From Candidatus Latescibacterota bacterium (GTDB lineage: Bacteria; Latescibacterota; UBA2968; UBA8231): 64,000 nucleotides of DNA. Positions 9,276 through 19,093 of this stretch are shown piece after piece. A model generated the notes under the pieces. It worked only from the letters and a program-made list of their open reading frames with translations, did not search any database and was not told where the DNA came from. Position 1 is the first letter of the stretch; each line of letters begins with the position of its first letter. The DNA is taken from the NCBI GenBank assembly GCA_964291625.2, contig OZ220089.1, positions 4,672,001 to 4,736,000 on the forward strand, in the 5' to 3' direction. A program made the position numbers and the translations under genes.

Positions 9276-10457
9276 ATGGAGCAGCGCAACCTTCTCGACT
9301 ACCTGCCGGTCCTGGTGAAGTGGCGGCGTCTGCTGATCGCCGGGACCCTGGCGGCGACGGCCGCGGCAGCCGGAGTCAGTCTGCTTCTGCCCGAGCGCTG
9401 GACGGCGCGCACCAGCCTCCTGCCCCCGGAGGAGGAGGCGGTGGGGATCGGCCGCTCCCTGCTGCCGGGGGCCGGCGGTCTGCCCCTCGGGCTGGCCGGC
9501 CTGGTGGGCCTGCCGATCCCCTCGGAGCGGCTCCTCACCCTGCTGCAGAGCCGCCGGCTGCTCGGCCTGGCCGTCGACCGCCACGAGCTGGTGCGCGTCT
9601 ACGAGGCCCCGCACCGGGACGCCGCCGTCGAGTGGCTGTCGGAGGCGGTGGAGTCGGAGCTCGGCGACGACGGCAGCCTGGTCCTGCGGGCGACGGCGGC
9701 AACGCCGAAGCTGGCGGCGGACCTGGCCAACACCCTGGCCGCCCTCCTCGACAGCCTCAACCGCGAGTATCGCCAGCGGCAGGCGTCCTCCCTGCGCGGG
9801 TTCCTCGAGGGCAGGGTGCGCAGCACCCGCGAGGAGCTGGGCGCCGACGCGTCGCGCCTGCGCGACTTCCAGGACGCCCACGGGGTGGTCGACATCGAGG
9901 CGCAGACCGCCGCCGCCGTCGACGTGGCCAAGGGCCTCGCCTTCGAGCTCTCCCTGAAGCAGGCCGAACTCGGCGTCCTCTCCCGGCAGGTGGCATCCGA
10001 CCACGCCGACCGGCAGGCCCTGGCCATGAGGGTGGAGGAGCTCGACCGGCAGCTGCGGGGGCTGGTGGGCGACCTCTCGCGCCGGGTGGGCGGCGCTCCC
10101 GGCGCCTCCGAGCGTCCCCTGGGCCCGCCCCTGAAGGAACTGCCCGGGCTGATGCAGGACTACGCCGCCCTGACCCTGCAGGTGAAGATGCGCGAGGAGG
10201 TCCTGCTCTTTCTCGGGGCCCAGCTCGAGGAGGCCAAGCTCCGCGAGGCTCGCGACACCCCGACCCTGCAGGTCCTCGATCCGGCGACTCCGCCGAAGGC
10301 GCGCAGCGCTCCCCGCCGGGCCCTGCTCACCGCCGCCGCCGGCGGCTCGGCCGCCGTCCTCCTCGTCCTGCTGGCCTTCCTGCTGGAGGCGTGGCAACGC
10401 GACGGCGCCGCCCATCGGGAGCGCCTGGAGGCGATCCGCGGCCACCTGCGAAAGTGA
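9276..10457 (+). CDS. Polysaccharide chain-length determinant (Wzz/GumC-like, no kinase domain)
   Basis: N-terminal TM (LLDYLPVLVKWRRLLI), coiled coil, VLDPATPPKARSAPRR followed by a second TM. Confidence 0.85.
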   Translation: MEQRNLLDYLPVLVKWRRLLIAGTLAATAAAAGVSLLLPERWTARTSLLPPEEEAVGIGRSLLPGAGGLPLGLAGLVGLPIPSERLLTLLQSRRLLGLAVDRHELVRVYEAPHRDAAVEWLSEAVESELGDDGSLVLRATAATPKLAADLANTLAALLDSLNREYRQRQASSLRGFLEGRVRSTREELGADASRLRDFQDAHGVVDIEAQTAAAVDVAKGLAFELSLKQAELGVLSRQVASDHADRQALAMRVEELDRQLRGLVGDLSRRVGGAPGASERPLGPPLKELPGLMQDYAALTLQVKMREEVLLFLGAQLEEAKLREARDTPTLQVLDPATPPKARSAPRRALLTAAAGGSAAVLLVLLAFLLEAWQRDGAAHRERLEAIRGHLRK

Positions 10458-10515
10458 GCCGCCGGCCGGTGGGCCGCGGGGTGCTGTCGTGGAAGTGGGT
10501 GGCGGAGCAGGGAAG

Positions 10516-10601
10516 TGGTGGGGAGAGCAGGATTCGAACCTGCGAAGGCGTACGCCAGCAGATTTACAGTCTGCCCCCGTTGACCGCTTGGGTATCTCCC
10601 C
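10516..10601 (-). tRNA. tRNA-Tyr (GTA)
   Basis: Minus strand GGGGAGA...TCTCCCC-A-CCA acceptor stem, anticodon loop CT-GTA-AA, long variable arm, GGTTCGAATCC T-arm. Confidence 0.97.
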
Positions 10602-10671
10602 CCGATGGACCGCTCGCCCGGGGCCGGGCGAGCACGCAAACCTCGCCCCGCCTCACGGATCTGTCAACACG

Positions 10672-11841
10672 TCAGGGGTGGTCCTGCTCCGAGTTGCGGT
10701 AGTCGCCGAGATCGTCCCAGGAGGGGCGGCTGCGGCCGTTCAGATCCCACACGATCCGCCCGGCCCGCAGGGTGAGCTCGCACTCCAGCCTGCGGCCGCC
10801 GTCCATGCGGGCCCGGCCCGAGTCGACGAAGCCGAAGTTCCCCTCGTGAACGGCAAGGACGGCCACGTCCGCCTCGGAGCCCGGCGTCAGATCGCCCAGC
10901 TCCGGCCGGCGGACCGCTTCGGCCGCCTTCCGCGTCGAACGGTCGATCACCTCCTGCAGCGGCATGCCGAGGGCGAGGTACTTGGACATGGTCACCGGCA
11001 TGGTGGCGTTGGGCAGCATGCGGCTGGCCTTGTGCAGGTCGGTGCTGATCGTGTCGGGCGGGAAGCCCTGCTCCATGGCGGGCACGGCGATGCGGAACCA
11101 GAAGCTGCCGTTGCCGTGCCCGGTGTCGAAGAGGACGCCGCGCTCGCGCGCCTCCCTCACGTAGTCGTTGACCTTCGATTCCTCGTCCAGGAGGGGGATG
11201 TGGGCGGCGTAGAGGTGGGTGTGGATGTCGCCCGGGCTCATGCGCTCGAGCAGCTCCCGGTAGCTGCGCGTCGGCTGGGGGGCGAAGTCGATCATGGCGA
11301 TCGAGTCGGAGAGCCGGGCGGCCTCGATGGCGCCTCCCGCCGACTCCCACCCGGGGCCTCCGAAGTGGGCGGACTTGGTGCCCACGCAGTGCTCGGGATG
11401 GCGGCGCACGGCCTCGGCGCAGGGCCCGGGCTCCATCTCGCGGACATCCTGCTCGGGGGCTCCCGTCATGCCGGCGCCGACGATGTTGACGAAGGCCAGG
11501 ACCCGGGTGGAGGCGGGTTGGATGATGGTGGCCACGAAGTCGTCGAGGTCCTGCCACCCGGCGCCGCCGGTGTCGACGACGGTGGTCACGCCGTTGGGCA
11601 GGGAGTGGGGGTCGGGGAACATCCATCCCCCGTAGCCGCCGTACACGTGGACGTGGATGTCGATCAGCCCCGGGGTGACGTAGAGGCCGCTCACGTCGAT
11701 CCTCTTGTCGGCCTCCAAGCCGAGGCCGGGTCCTACGGCCTGGATCACGCCGTCGACGACGGCCACGTCGGCCGGGCCGTCGACGCCGTTGCGCGGGTCG
11801 ATCACATGCCCGCCGCACAGCAGAAGGGAAGGTGGCGCCAT
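10672..11841 (-). CDS. Metal-dependent amidohydrolase (dihydroorotase/deacetylase-like)
   Basis: [36 protein letters not shown]. Confidence 0.88.
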   Translation of the reverse strand: MAPPSLLLCGGHVIDPRNGVDGPADVAVVDGVIQAVGPGLGLEADKRIDVSGLYVTPGLIDIHVHVYGGYGGWMFPDPHSLPNGVTTVVDTGGAGWQDLDDFVATIIQPASTRVLAFVNIVGAGMTGAPEQDVREMEPGPCAEAVRRHPEHCVGTKSAHFGGPGWESAGGAIEAARLSDSIAMIDFAPQPTRSYRELLERMSPGDIHTHLYAAHIPLLDEESKVNDYVREARERGVLFDTGHGNGSFWFRIAVPAMEQGFPPDTISTDLHKASRMLPNATMPVTMSKYLALGMPLQEVIDRSTRKAAEAVRRPELGDLTPGSEADVAVLAVHEGNFGFVDSGRARMDGGRRLECELTLRAGRIVWDLNGRSRPSWDDLGDYRNSEQDHP

Positions 11842-12029
11842 GGTGGGGTCGTCCTTTCGCCTGGGTTGGGCCACAGTATAGGCAGGGCCCCCGGCAGCCG
11901 ATAGCGGCGGCGGCCTTCTTGCCTGCGGAGGGGACTGGGTGGATTTTCTGTCCCCCTCCCGCAGCCCTCGGCGCGGTTCCCGGCCCGCCGGATGGGCCGC
12001 GCCCCAACCACGACAGGAGCTCGCACCGC

Positions 12030-13016
12030 ATGCCACGCACCGTACGCGTTGCCGTCACCGGCGCCGCCGGACAGATCGGATACGCCATCCTTCCCCGCCT
12101 GGCCTCCGGGGAGGTCTTCGGCCACGACACCCGCGTGGCCCTGCACCTGCTCGAGATCACGCCGGCCCTGCCGGCCCTCGAAGGGGTGGTGATGGAGCTG
12201 CAGGACTGCGCCTTCCCCCTCCTCGACGACGTCCGGGTCACGGACGACGCGAGCGAGGCCTTCGAGGGCGTCAACTGGGGGCTGCTGATCGGCTCGAAGC
12301 CGCGGGGCCAGGGCATGGAGCGGGGCGACCTGATCCGCGAGAACGGTCCGATCTTCGTCGGCCAGGGCCAGGCCCTGGCCCGCGCTGCTTCCGACGTGCG
12401 CGTTCTCGTCGTCGGCAACCCGGCCAACACGAACTGCCTCATCGCCATGCATCACGGGGTGCGCGGCGGGATCCCGAAGGAGCGCTTCCACGCCATGATG
12501 CGCCTCGACCAGAACCGGGCCCAGGCCCAGCTGGCGATCAAGGCGGGGGTCCGGGTGGCGGAGGTGACGAACATGGCCATCTGGGGGAACCACTCCGCCA
12601 CCCAGTACCCCGACGCGGAGAACGCCAGGGTCCGCGGACGGCCTTGCACCGAGGTCATCGGCCACGTGGGCTGGCTCCAGGGCGAGTTCATCCGCACCGT
12701 GCAGCAGCGCGGCGCCGAGGTGATCGCCGCCCGAGGGCTGTCGAGCGCCGCCTCGGCGGCCAACGCCGCCCTCGATCACGTGCGCAGCGTCCTGCGGGCC
12801 ACGCCCGAGGGGGAGTTCTTCTCGGCGGCGGTACCCTCCACGGGCAGCTACGGCATCGACGAGGGCCTGGTGTTCTCCTTCCCGGTGCGTTCCGACGGCC
12901 GGGGCGGCATCGAGGTCGTGGAGGGCCTGGAGCTCAGCGAGTTCGCCCGCGGCAAGATCAAGGCCACCGAAGACGAGCTCCTCGAGGAGCGCGCCGTGGT
13001 CGAGGACCTTCTCTGA
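12030..13016 (+). CDS. mdh: Malate dehydrogenase
   Basis: [50 protein letters not shown]. Confidence 0.96.
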   Translation: MPRTVRVAVTGAAGQIGYAILPRLASGEVFGHDTRVALHLLEITPALPALEGVVMELQDCAFPLLDDVRVTDDASEAFEGVNWGLLIGSKPRGQGMERGDLIRENGPIFVGQGQALARAASDVRVLVVGNPANTNCLIAMHHGVRGGIPKERFHAMMRLDQNRAQAQLAIKAGVRVAEVTNMAIWGNHSATQYPDAENARVRGRPCTEVIGHVGWLQGEFIRTVQQRGAEVIAARGLSSAASAANAALDHVRSVLRATPEGEFFSAAVPSTGSYGIDEGLVFSFPVRSDGRGGIEVVEGLELSEFARGKIKATEDELLEERAVVEDLL

Positions 13017-13828
13017 GCGGGGACGCCGCAGGTGGCGGGTACTCCGGGCCGCTGGCCCGCCACTACGACCGCTACGACACCGGCCTTCCCGGCGAGGTCG
13101 AGTTCTACCGCGCCCTCGCCGTCGAGTGCGGGGGCCCCGTCCTCGAGCCGGGCTGCGGCACCGGCCGCACCCTCTTCCCGGTGGCCGCCGCCGGCCTTGC
13201 GGCGACCGGCCTCGAGCTCTCTCCCGAGATGCTGGCCGCCGCCCGGAGCCGGGCCGCCTCCCTGCCCCCGGAGGCCGCCGCGCGCGTCACCCTGCTCCGG
13301 GGGGACATGCGGGACCCGCCGGAGCTGCCCGGCCCCTTCCGGCTCGTCAGCCTGCCGTACCGCACCTTCCAGCACCTGCTCACCCCCGACGACCAGTTCG
13401 CCGCCCTCGCCGGCTTCCACGATCTGCTGGAACCCGGGGGGCGTCTGGCCCTCAACCAGTTCGATCCCACCCTCGACCTGGAGGCCGTGGTCCTGCGCGG
13501 GCCACCGGCGGACACGCCGGTCGACCGGCTTCCCGTGGACACGGAGTTCACCGACGGGGAGGGGAGGACGGTCCGCGTCCGCTACCGGCGGGAGTACGAC
13601 CTGGCCGAGCAGCTCCTGCGGCAGGAGTTCCACTTCCAGAGCCTCGACGCCGGCGGCGGGGTCGCCGCCACCGAGCGCGGCGAGCTGGTGCTGCGCTACA
13701 CCTTCCGCTACGAGATGGAGTGGCTCCTGGAGGCGGCCGGCTTCCGGCCCGTCGCCCTGTGGGGCGGCTTCGACGGGCGGCCGTACCCCGGCCACGGCGA
13801 GCAGGTCTGGGTGGCCGAGGCGGTGTGA
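13013..13828 (+). CDS. Class I SAM-dependent methyltransferase
   Basis: [29 protein letters not shown]; start uncertain (CTG at 13013 overlapping the mdh stop). Confidence 0.85.
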   Translation: MSGDAAGGGYSGPLARHYDRYDTGLPGEVEFYRALAVECGGPVLEPGCGTGRTLFPVAAAGLAATGLELSPEMLAAARSRAASLPPEAAARVTLLRGDMRDPPELPGPFRLVSLPYRTFQHLLTPDDQFAALAGFHDLLEPGGRLALNQFDPTLDLEAVVLRGPPADTPVDRLPVDTEFTDGEGRTVRVRYRREYDLAEQLLRQEFHFQSLDAGGGVAATERGELVLRYTFRYEMEWLLEAAGFRPVALWGGFDGRPYPGHGEQVWVAEAV

Positions 13829-13831
13829 CCT

Positions 13832-15070
13832 TCAGCGCTCGATCTGGTCCGCCTGGCTGAGGATCCGGGCGCTGACGCCGAGGACGCCGAGGAAACCGGT
13901 CGAGTCGCGGTGGTCGAAGTCGCCCACCGCTTCCATGGAGGCGGCGTCCTCGCGGTAGAGGGAGTGGGGCACGTCGGCGGCCGAGGCGAACTGCACCGTC
14001 CCCTTGTAGAGTCTGACGCGGATCGTGCCCGTGGCCAGCCGGGCGAGGTGATCGACGAGGGCGCGGCAGGCCTGCGTCGCCGTGTCGAACCAGTAGCCCT
14101 GGTAGACCTGCTCGGCGATCCACCCGCTCACCTGGGAGTGGCACCGGCGGCTGCGCCGGTCGAGGACCAGCTGCAGCAGGTACTCGTAGCACTGGCCCAG
14201 GAGCTCCAGGCCGGGGGCCTCGTACACGCCCCGGGACTTGAGGCCGACGAAGCGGTTCTCCACGGCGTGCAGCCCGATGCCGACGCCGTGGGCGCCGGCG
14301 ACCTCGTTGGCCGCCCGCATCATGTCGAAGCCCTCCAGGGCGGCTCCGTCGAGAGCGACGGGCCGGCCCTCCTCGAAGCGGACCTCGACGCCGCGGGCCT
14401 CGTCGGGCGCCCGGGCGGGGAAGACGCCCATGCCCGGCTCCACGAGGGCCGGCGACGTCTCCAGGGACTCGAGCTCCCCGGCCTCGTGGGTCAGTCCGAG
14501 GACGTTGGCGTCGGTGGAGTACGGCTTCTCGAGGGTGGCTTTCACCGGCAGTCCGTGGGCCTGGCAGTACTCGATCATCTCCCTGCGTCCGCCGAAGGCC
14601 TCGAGGAAGGCGGGGTCCCGCCACGGGGCGTAGACGCGGAGGTCGGGGCTGAGCATCTGGGCCGCCAGCTCGAACCGCACCTGGTCGTTGCCGCGGCCGG
14701 TGGCGCCGTGGCAGAGCAGGGTGATGCCGCGGCGCTCCATCTCCGGGACCATGCCGGCGACGACGACGTGGCGGGCGATGCCGGTGGTGTTCCAGTAGCC
14801 TCCCTCGTAGCGGGCGCCGCAGCGCAGCAGCTGGAATCCGGCTTCGGCGATCTCGGGCCGCAGGTCGGCGAGGATCATCTCCCGGGCGCCGCAGGCGAGC
14901 ATGCGCTCGCGCACGTCGTCCATGTCGTCCTCGTCGGGCTGGCCGAGGTCGGCCGTGTAGGCCACCACCTCGACGCCGTGGCGGGTGAGCCAATGGGTGA
15001 TGGTGCAACTGTCGAGGCCGCCGGAGGCCGCCATGAGGAGGCGGCTTCCGTTCAGATCCTGGAGGTTCAT
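13832..15070 (-). CDS. argG: Argininosuccinate synthase
   Basis: AASGGLDS, HGATGRGNDQVRFE, YSTDANVLG, ENRFVGLKSRGVYEAPG. Confidence 0.95.
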   Translation of the reverse strand: MNLQDLNGSRLLMAASGGLDSCTITHWLTRHGVEVVAYTADLGQPDEDDMDDVRERMLACGAREMILADLRPEIAEAGFQLLRCGARYEGGYWNTTGIARHVVVAGMVPEMERRGITLLCHGATGRGNDQVRFELAAQMLSPDLRVYAPWRDPAFLEAFGGRREMIEYCQAHGLPVKATLEKPYSTDANVLGLTHEAGELESLETSPALVEPGMGVFPARAPDEARGVEVRFEEGRPVALDGAALEGFDMMRAANEVAGAHGVGIGLHAVENRFVGLKSRGVYEAPGLELLGQCYEYLLQLVLDRRSRRCHSQVSGWIAEQVYQGYWFDTATQACRALVDHLARLATGTIRVRLYKGTVQFASAADVPHSLYREDAASMEAVGDFDHRDSTGFLGVLGVSARILSQADQIER

Positions 15071-15114
15071 GGGTTGCCGCAGCTCCGGTCTCGGGGGAAC
15101 GGTGGAGACGGCAG

Positions 15115-15158
15115 AAGGTATGGAATAATTATGCCAATGACAATAATAATTATTCCAT
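15115..15158 (-). promoter_or_regulatory. argG promoter overlapped by tandem ARG-box-like operators
   Basis: Minus strand TTGTCA (15143-15138), 17 nt, TACCTT (15120-15115). AT-rich palindromic boxes start at 15121 and 15142 (21-bp period). Perfect 13-bp inverted repeat 15120-15132/15146-15158. Confidence 0.7.
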
Positions 15159-15168
15159 TTCGGGATTC

Positions 15169-15197
15169 TTGACACCCCGTGGGGAGCGGGGTAGGTT
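15169..15197 (+). promoter_or_regulatory. sigma70-type promoter for the antiporter-SDR-MDR operon
   Basis: TTGACA 15169-15174, 17 nt, TAGGTT 15192-15197. Confidence 0.6.
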
Positions 15198-15287
15198 CAG
15201 CGCCCCTTTTCCCCGAGTCCATCCCACCTCAAGGCATCCCCGCCCCGGGCCGCGGCCCGGGGGAAGACCCGACGCGAGCGAGGTCGA

Positions 15288-15329
15288 ATGGAGTGGCTCA
15301 CATCACAGATGGAGTGGCTCACATCACAG
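15288..15329 (+). repeat. Perfect 21-bp tandem duplication (2 copies)
   Basis: ATGGAGTGGCTCACATCACAG x2, encoding MEWLTSQMEWLTSQ. Confidence 0.95.
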
Positions 15330-16301
15330 GGCGTATGGGGTGCGCTGGTCCTGATGGCGGGCTGCTTTGCCATCCTGGTGAAGTGCGCCGACTGGATGGT
15401 GGACGGGGCCGCCGACATGGCCAGGCGCCTGCGGGTGCCGCCGATCCTGATCGGCATCGCCGTGGTCAGCCTCGGAACCACCTCGCCGGAGCTGGCCGTC
15501 TCGGTGCGCGCGGCTCTCGAGGGCAAAGCGGAGATCGCCCTCGGCAACGCCGTCGGCTCGGTGATCTACGACGACGGCCTGGCCCTGCCCATGGTGGCCC
15601 TGTTCTCGCCGGTGGTGGTGATGATCGACCGCATCGTCCTGCGCTCGGCGGCCACCTTCCTCATCGCCGCCCACCTCGGGGCCTACTGGATGAGCGCCGA
15701 CGGGGCCCTCGTGCGATGGGAGGGCGGCCTCCTCGTCCTCGGGTTCTTCGCCTACCTGGTATACGCCTACTGGGAGCGCCGCCAGCACCCGGTGACCGAG
15801 GAGCTGGATCTGAGCGAGCCTCCCCGCTCCTGGCCGCGCCTGCTGCTGCTGCTCGTGATCGGCCTAGCCGGGGTGCTGATCAGCAGCGAGGGGATCGTCG
15901 TCTCGGCGCCGGTCCTGGCCGACGCCATGGGCGTCTCGAGGGTGATCATCGCCCTCCTCGTCGTCGCCCTGGGGACGTCGATCCCCGAGGTCGCCACCTG
16001 CATCGCGGCGGCCCGCAAGCGGCAGGGGAGCCTGGCGGTGGGCAACATCCTCGGGGCGGACATCCTCAACATCTGCTGGATCGCCGGGGCCTCGGCGGTG
16101 GTGAACGACCTCGTCGTCGAAGAGGACGTGATCCACTTCATGTTCCCCGCCATGCTGATCATCGTCTTCGCCATGCTGGGCCTGATGCGGATGGGGCACA
16201 GCTTCGAGCGCTGGAAGGGGATCGTTCTGCTGGTACTGTGCGCCGTCTACGTGACGGCGCTCTTCACGGTCAACCCGGGGGCGCTGCAGACCCACGGGTA
16301 A
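15288..16301 (+). CDS. Calcium/sodium antiporter (YrbG/CaCA family)
   Basis: Two alpha repeats (SLGTTSPEL...GNAVGS; ALGTSIPEV...GNILGAD), about 10 TM segments. Confidence 0.92.
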   Translation: MEWLTSQMEWLTSQGVWGALVLMAGCFAILVKCADWMVDGAADMARRLRVPPILIGIAVVSLGTTSPELAVSVRAALEGKAEIALGNAVGSVIYDDGLALPMVALFSPVVVMIDRIVLRSAATFLIAAHLGAYWMSADGALVRWEGGLLVLGFFAYLVYAYWERRQHPVTEELDLSEPPRSWPRLLLLLVIGLAGVLISSEGIVVSAPVLADAMGVSRVIIALLVVALGTSIPEVATCIAAARKRQGSLAVGNILGADILNICWIAGASAVVNDLVVEEDVIHFMFPAMLIIVFAMLGLMRMGHSFERWKGIVLLVLCAVYVTALFTVNPGALQTHG

Positions 16302-16323
16302 GGACAACTGCGAGGGAGAGAGA

Positions 16324-17094
16324 ATGGACCTGGGACTGAAGGACAAGTCGGTGCTGGTGAGCGGCGCCAGCCGGGGCATCGGCAACCGCATCGCCCTCGC
16401 CTTCGCCGCCGAGGGGGCCAGGCTCTGCCTCAGCGGCCGCACCGAGGAGACCCTGACGGCCGCGGCCGAGGCGGTGGCCGAGGCCGGCGCCGCGGACGTG
16501 GCCCACCACGTCGGCGACATGTCGCGCACCGAGGACGCCGGGGGGTTCGTCGAGACCGCCGTCTCCCGCTTCGGCGGGATCGACGTCCTGGTGAACAACG
16601 TGGGCGGGTCGGTGTGGACCCCCTTCGCCGAGATCTCCGACGACGAGTGGCTCCACGTCTTCAACCTGAGCTTCTTCTCCGCCGTGCGCGTCTCCCGGGC
16701 CGCCTTCCCGGCCCTGGAGCAGGGCGGGGGCAGCATCGTCAACGTCTCCTCCATCTTCGGGCGGGAGACCGGCGGGCCGGTGAGCTACAACGCCGCCAAG
16801 GCGGCGATGATCAGCATGACGGCGAACCTCGCCCGCGAGGCGGCGGCCAAGGGGGTGCGCGTCAACAGCGTCGCCCCGGGGTCGATCCTGTTTCCCGGGG
16901 GCAGCTGGGAGCGCCGCCAGAAGGCGGACCCCGAGGGCATCGGCCGCTTCGTGGAGGAGAACATCCCCTTCGGCCGCTTCGGCACGCCGGAGGAGGTGGC
17001 GGACGTCGTGGTCTTCCTGGCCTCCGGGCGGGCGAGCTGGGTGACGGGCGCCTGCCTCAACGTCGACGGCGGGCAGTCGAGGTCGAACACCTGA
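16324..17094 (+). CDS. SDR family oxidoreductase
   Basis: SGASRGIG, NNVG, YNAAK, VNSVAPG. Confidence 0.92.
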   Translation: MDLGLKDKSVLVSGASRGIGNRIALAFAAEGARLCLSGRTEETLTAAAEAVAEAGAADVAHHVGDMSRTEDAGGFVETAVSRFGGIDVLVNNVGGSVWTPFAEISDDEWLHVFNLSFFSAVRVSRAAFPALEQGGGSIVNVSSIFGRETGGPVSYNAAKAAMISMTANLAREAAAKGVRVNSVAPGSILFPGGSWERRQKADPEGIGRFVEENIPFGRFGTPEEVADVVVFLASGRASWVTGACLNVDGGQSRSNT

Positions 17095-18134
17095 TGAACC
17101 GCCGCCGGATCGCCGGCATCGACGGCCGCGGCCAGGGGGTGCTGATCGAGGAGGAACTCGGCGCGCCGCCCGCCGGACGGGTCGAGGTAGAGGTGCGGGC
17201 CTCCCTGATCAGCCCGGGCAGCGAGCTGGGGAGGGTCCCGGACGTGCGGCGGAATCCGCGGCCGGAGCAGCCCCCCAGGCCCTTCGGGTACGCCAACGCC
17301 GGCGTCGTCCGCGCGGTCGGGGCGGGGGTGGAGGGGTACGGCGTGGGGGATCGGATCGCCTGCATGGGAGGCGGATACGCCCAGCACTCCGACCGCTGCC
17401 ACGTGCCCGTCCATCTCAGCGTGCCGATCCCCGAAGGCGTGAGCTTCGAGGCCGCCGCCTTCGCCCACCTGGCGGCCACCGCCCTGCACGCCATCCGCCG
17501 CGCGGCCCCGGTCTTCGGCGAAAACGGCCTGGTCGTGGGACTCGGCCTGGTGGGCCAGCTCACGGCCGCCTTCGGACAGCTATGCGGCTGTCACATGATG
17601 GGCGCGGACCGCTTCGAGCTGCGCCGGCGGCTGGCGCGGGAGATGGGCGTCGAAGCGGTCGCCGGCGAGGAGGACGACCTCGAAGGCCTGGCGGCCGGGT
17701 TCACGGGCGGCTACGGCATGGACTTCGGCGTCATCGCCTTCGGCGGCGACGGGACCGCCGCCTTCGAGCGGATCGCCGCCACCCTCAAGCGGGCCCCGGA
17801 CACGCACCGCATGGGCCGCATCGTCATCGTCGGCGGGGCCCGCGTCAGCCACGGCTTCGCCGCCGCCCTGGGCAACGTCGACGTGCGCAGCGCCGCCCGC
17901 ACCGGCCCCGGCTACCACGACGAGGAGTACGAGCACGGCGGCGCCTACCCGCCGGTCTTCGTGGAGTGGCCGACGCGGCGCAACCTGGCCGAGTGCCTGC
18001 GGGCCATGGCCGACGGCCGCCTGCGGGTGGAGCCGCTGATCACGCACCGCTTCGGGCTCGACCAGATCGCCGCCGCCGTGGACGAGCTGGTGGAGCGCCC
18101 CGAAAGCGCCCTCGGGGTGGTGCTGCGGCCCTGA
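17094..18134 (+). CDS. MDR/zinc-binding alcohol dehydrogenase family protein
   Basis: SLISPGSEL, PFGYANAG, VVGLGLVGQL, LITHRF; start overlaps the SDR stop (TGATG). Confidence 0.85.
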   Translation: MNRRRIAGIDGRGQGVLIEEELGAPPAGRVEVEVRASLISPGSELGRVPDVRRNPRPEQPPRPFGYANAGVVRAVGAGVEGYGVGDRIACMGGGYAQHSDRCHVPVHLSVPIPEGVSFEAAAFAHLAATALHAIRRAAPVFGENGLVVGLGLVGQLTAAFGQLCGCHMMGADRFELRRRLAREMGVEAVAGEEDDLEGLAAGFTGGYGMDFGVIAFGGDGTAAFERIAATLKRAPDTHRMGRIVIVGGARVSHGFAAALGNVDVRSAARTGPGYHDEEYEHGGAYPPVFVEWPTRRNLAECLRAMADGRLRVEPLITHRFGLDQIAAAVDELVERPESALGVVLRP

Positions 18135-18146
18135 GGCCGCCGCAGG

Positions 18147-18917
18147 TCAGACCGGCTCGTTGGTGATCATGTGGGTGCGGCCGCCGGCGCGGAAGGTCAC
18201 CGGCGGCTGGTCCACCTCCTCGCCGGCGATCATGCGCTCCACGACGCGGGCCACGCCGGCCACGGCGGGCTCCAGCAGCTTCTCTCCCTTCTCGCGGCTG
18301 GCAACCTTCGACGCCTCGTCCTCGATATCCCCGGCGTGAACGCGCTCGGGCGCCAGCACGAGCATGGTGGAGGTCTCGAACTCGTCGGCGTGCCCCGGCA
18401 GGCGCTGGTGGTCCATGGTGGCGCTCACGAGGGCCGGGTCGTACACGTCCCAATACGACTGGAACCTCAGGTTCACCTCCGCGCCCAGGCGGTCCCGGTA
18501 CTCGTCGAGGCGGCGCATCAGGGGCTTCACGTTACCGCCGTGGCCGTTGAGGATCAGGACGTTGCGCACGCCGGCGCGAGTCATGGAGTGGCAGATGTCG
18601 AAGACGTACTCGCAGAAGATCTCGGGGCGCACCGTCAGCGTCCCCCGGTGGGCCATCCAGTGCTCGGAAACGCCGACGCAGACGGGCGAGGTGACCACCG
18701 CCCGGGGGTAGAGCCGCAAGGCGGCCTGTTCGGCCATCCAGGTGGCGTGCAGGGAGTCGTGGATCATCTCGAGGTGCTCGTTGTGCTGCTCGGTGGCGGC
18801 CGTGGGGACGATGGCCGCCTCCAGAGTGCCGGCTTCCAGGCGCTGGCGGAACTCCTTGCGCGACAGGTCGCCGACGAAGACGCGGCGCTCCCGGTCGCCG
18901 CTGGTGACGAGATTCAT
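18147..18917 (-). CDS. Creatininase family protein
   Basis: TEQHNEHL..HD, GVSEHWM, NGHGGN, HADEFETS. Confidence 0.9.
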   Translation of the reverse strand: MNLVTSGDRERRVFVGDLSRKEFRQRLEAGTLEAAIVPTAATEQHNEHLEMIHDSLHATWMAEQAALRLYPRAVVTSPVCVGVSEHWMAHRGTLTVRPEIFCEYVFDICHSMTRAGVRNVLILNGHGGNVKPLMRRLDEYRDRLGAEVNLRFQSYWDVYDPALVSATMDHQRLPGHADEFETSTMLVLAPERVHAGDIEDEASKVASREKGEKLLEPAVAGVARVVERMIAGEEVDQPPVTFRAGGRTHMITNEPV

Positions 18918-19093
18918 GGCGGGGTCCGGTCCTTTCGATTCTCGGGGAAGGTGGCGTCGCTCCGCATGCGCCGGGCGGCGCGAGCGGGGCTCGCGAACAA
19001 GGATAGGAGCCGTCCACTCCGGCGGCGAGACCGCTTGACACGTTTGCCGCCGTCTCTCACCGTTGCCTGCCGCTTCAAGGGGGGAGGAGAGGA

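Noticed and set aside
10612-10633. GC hairpin between the amidohydrolase and tRNA-Tyr as a terminator
   Set aside because: 9-bp stem but no U-tract on either strand; function cannot be supported
15288-15329. CRISPR-like repeat
   Set aside because: Two abutting copies, no spacer, in frame within a CDS, no cas genes
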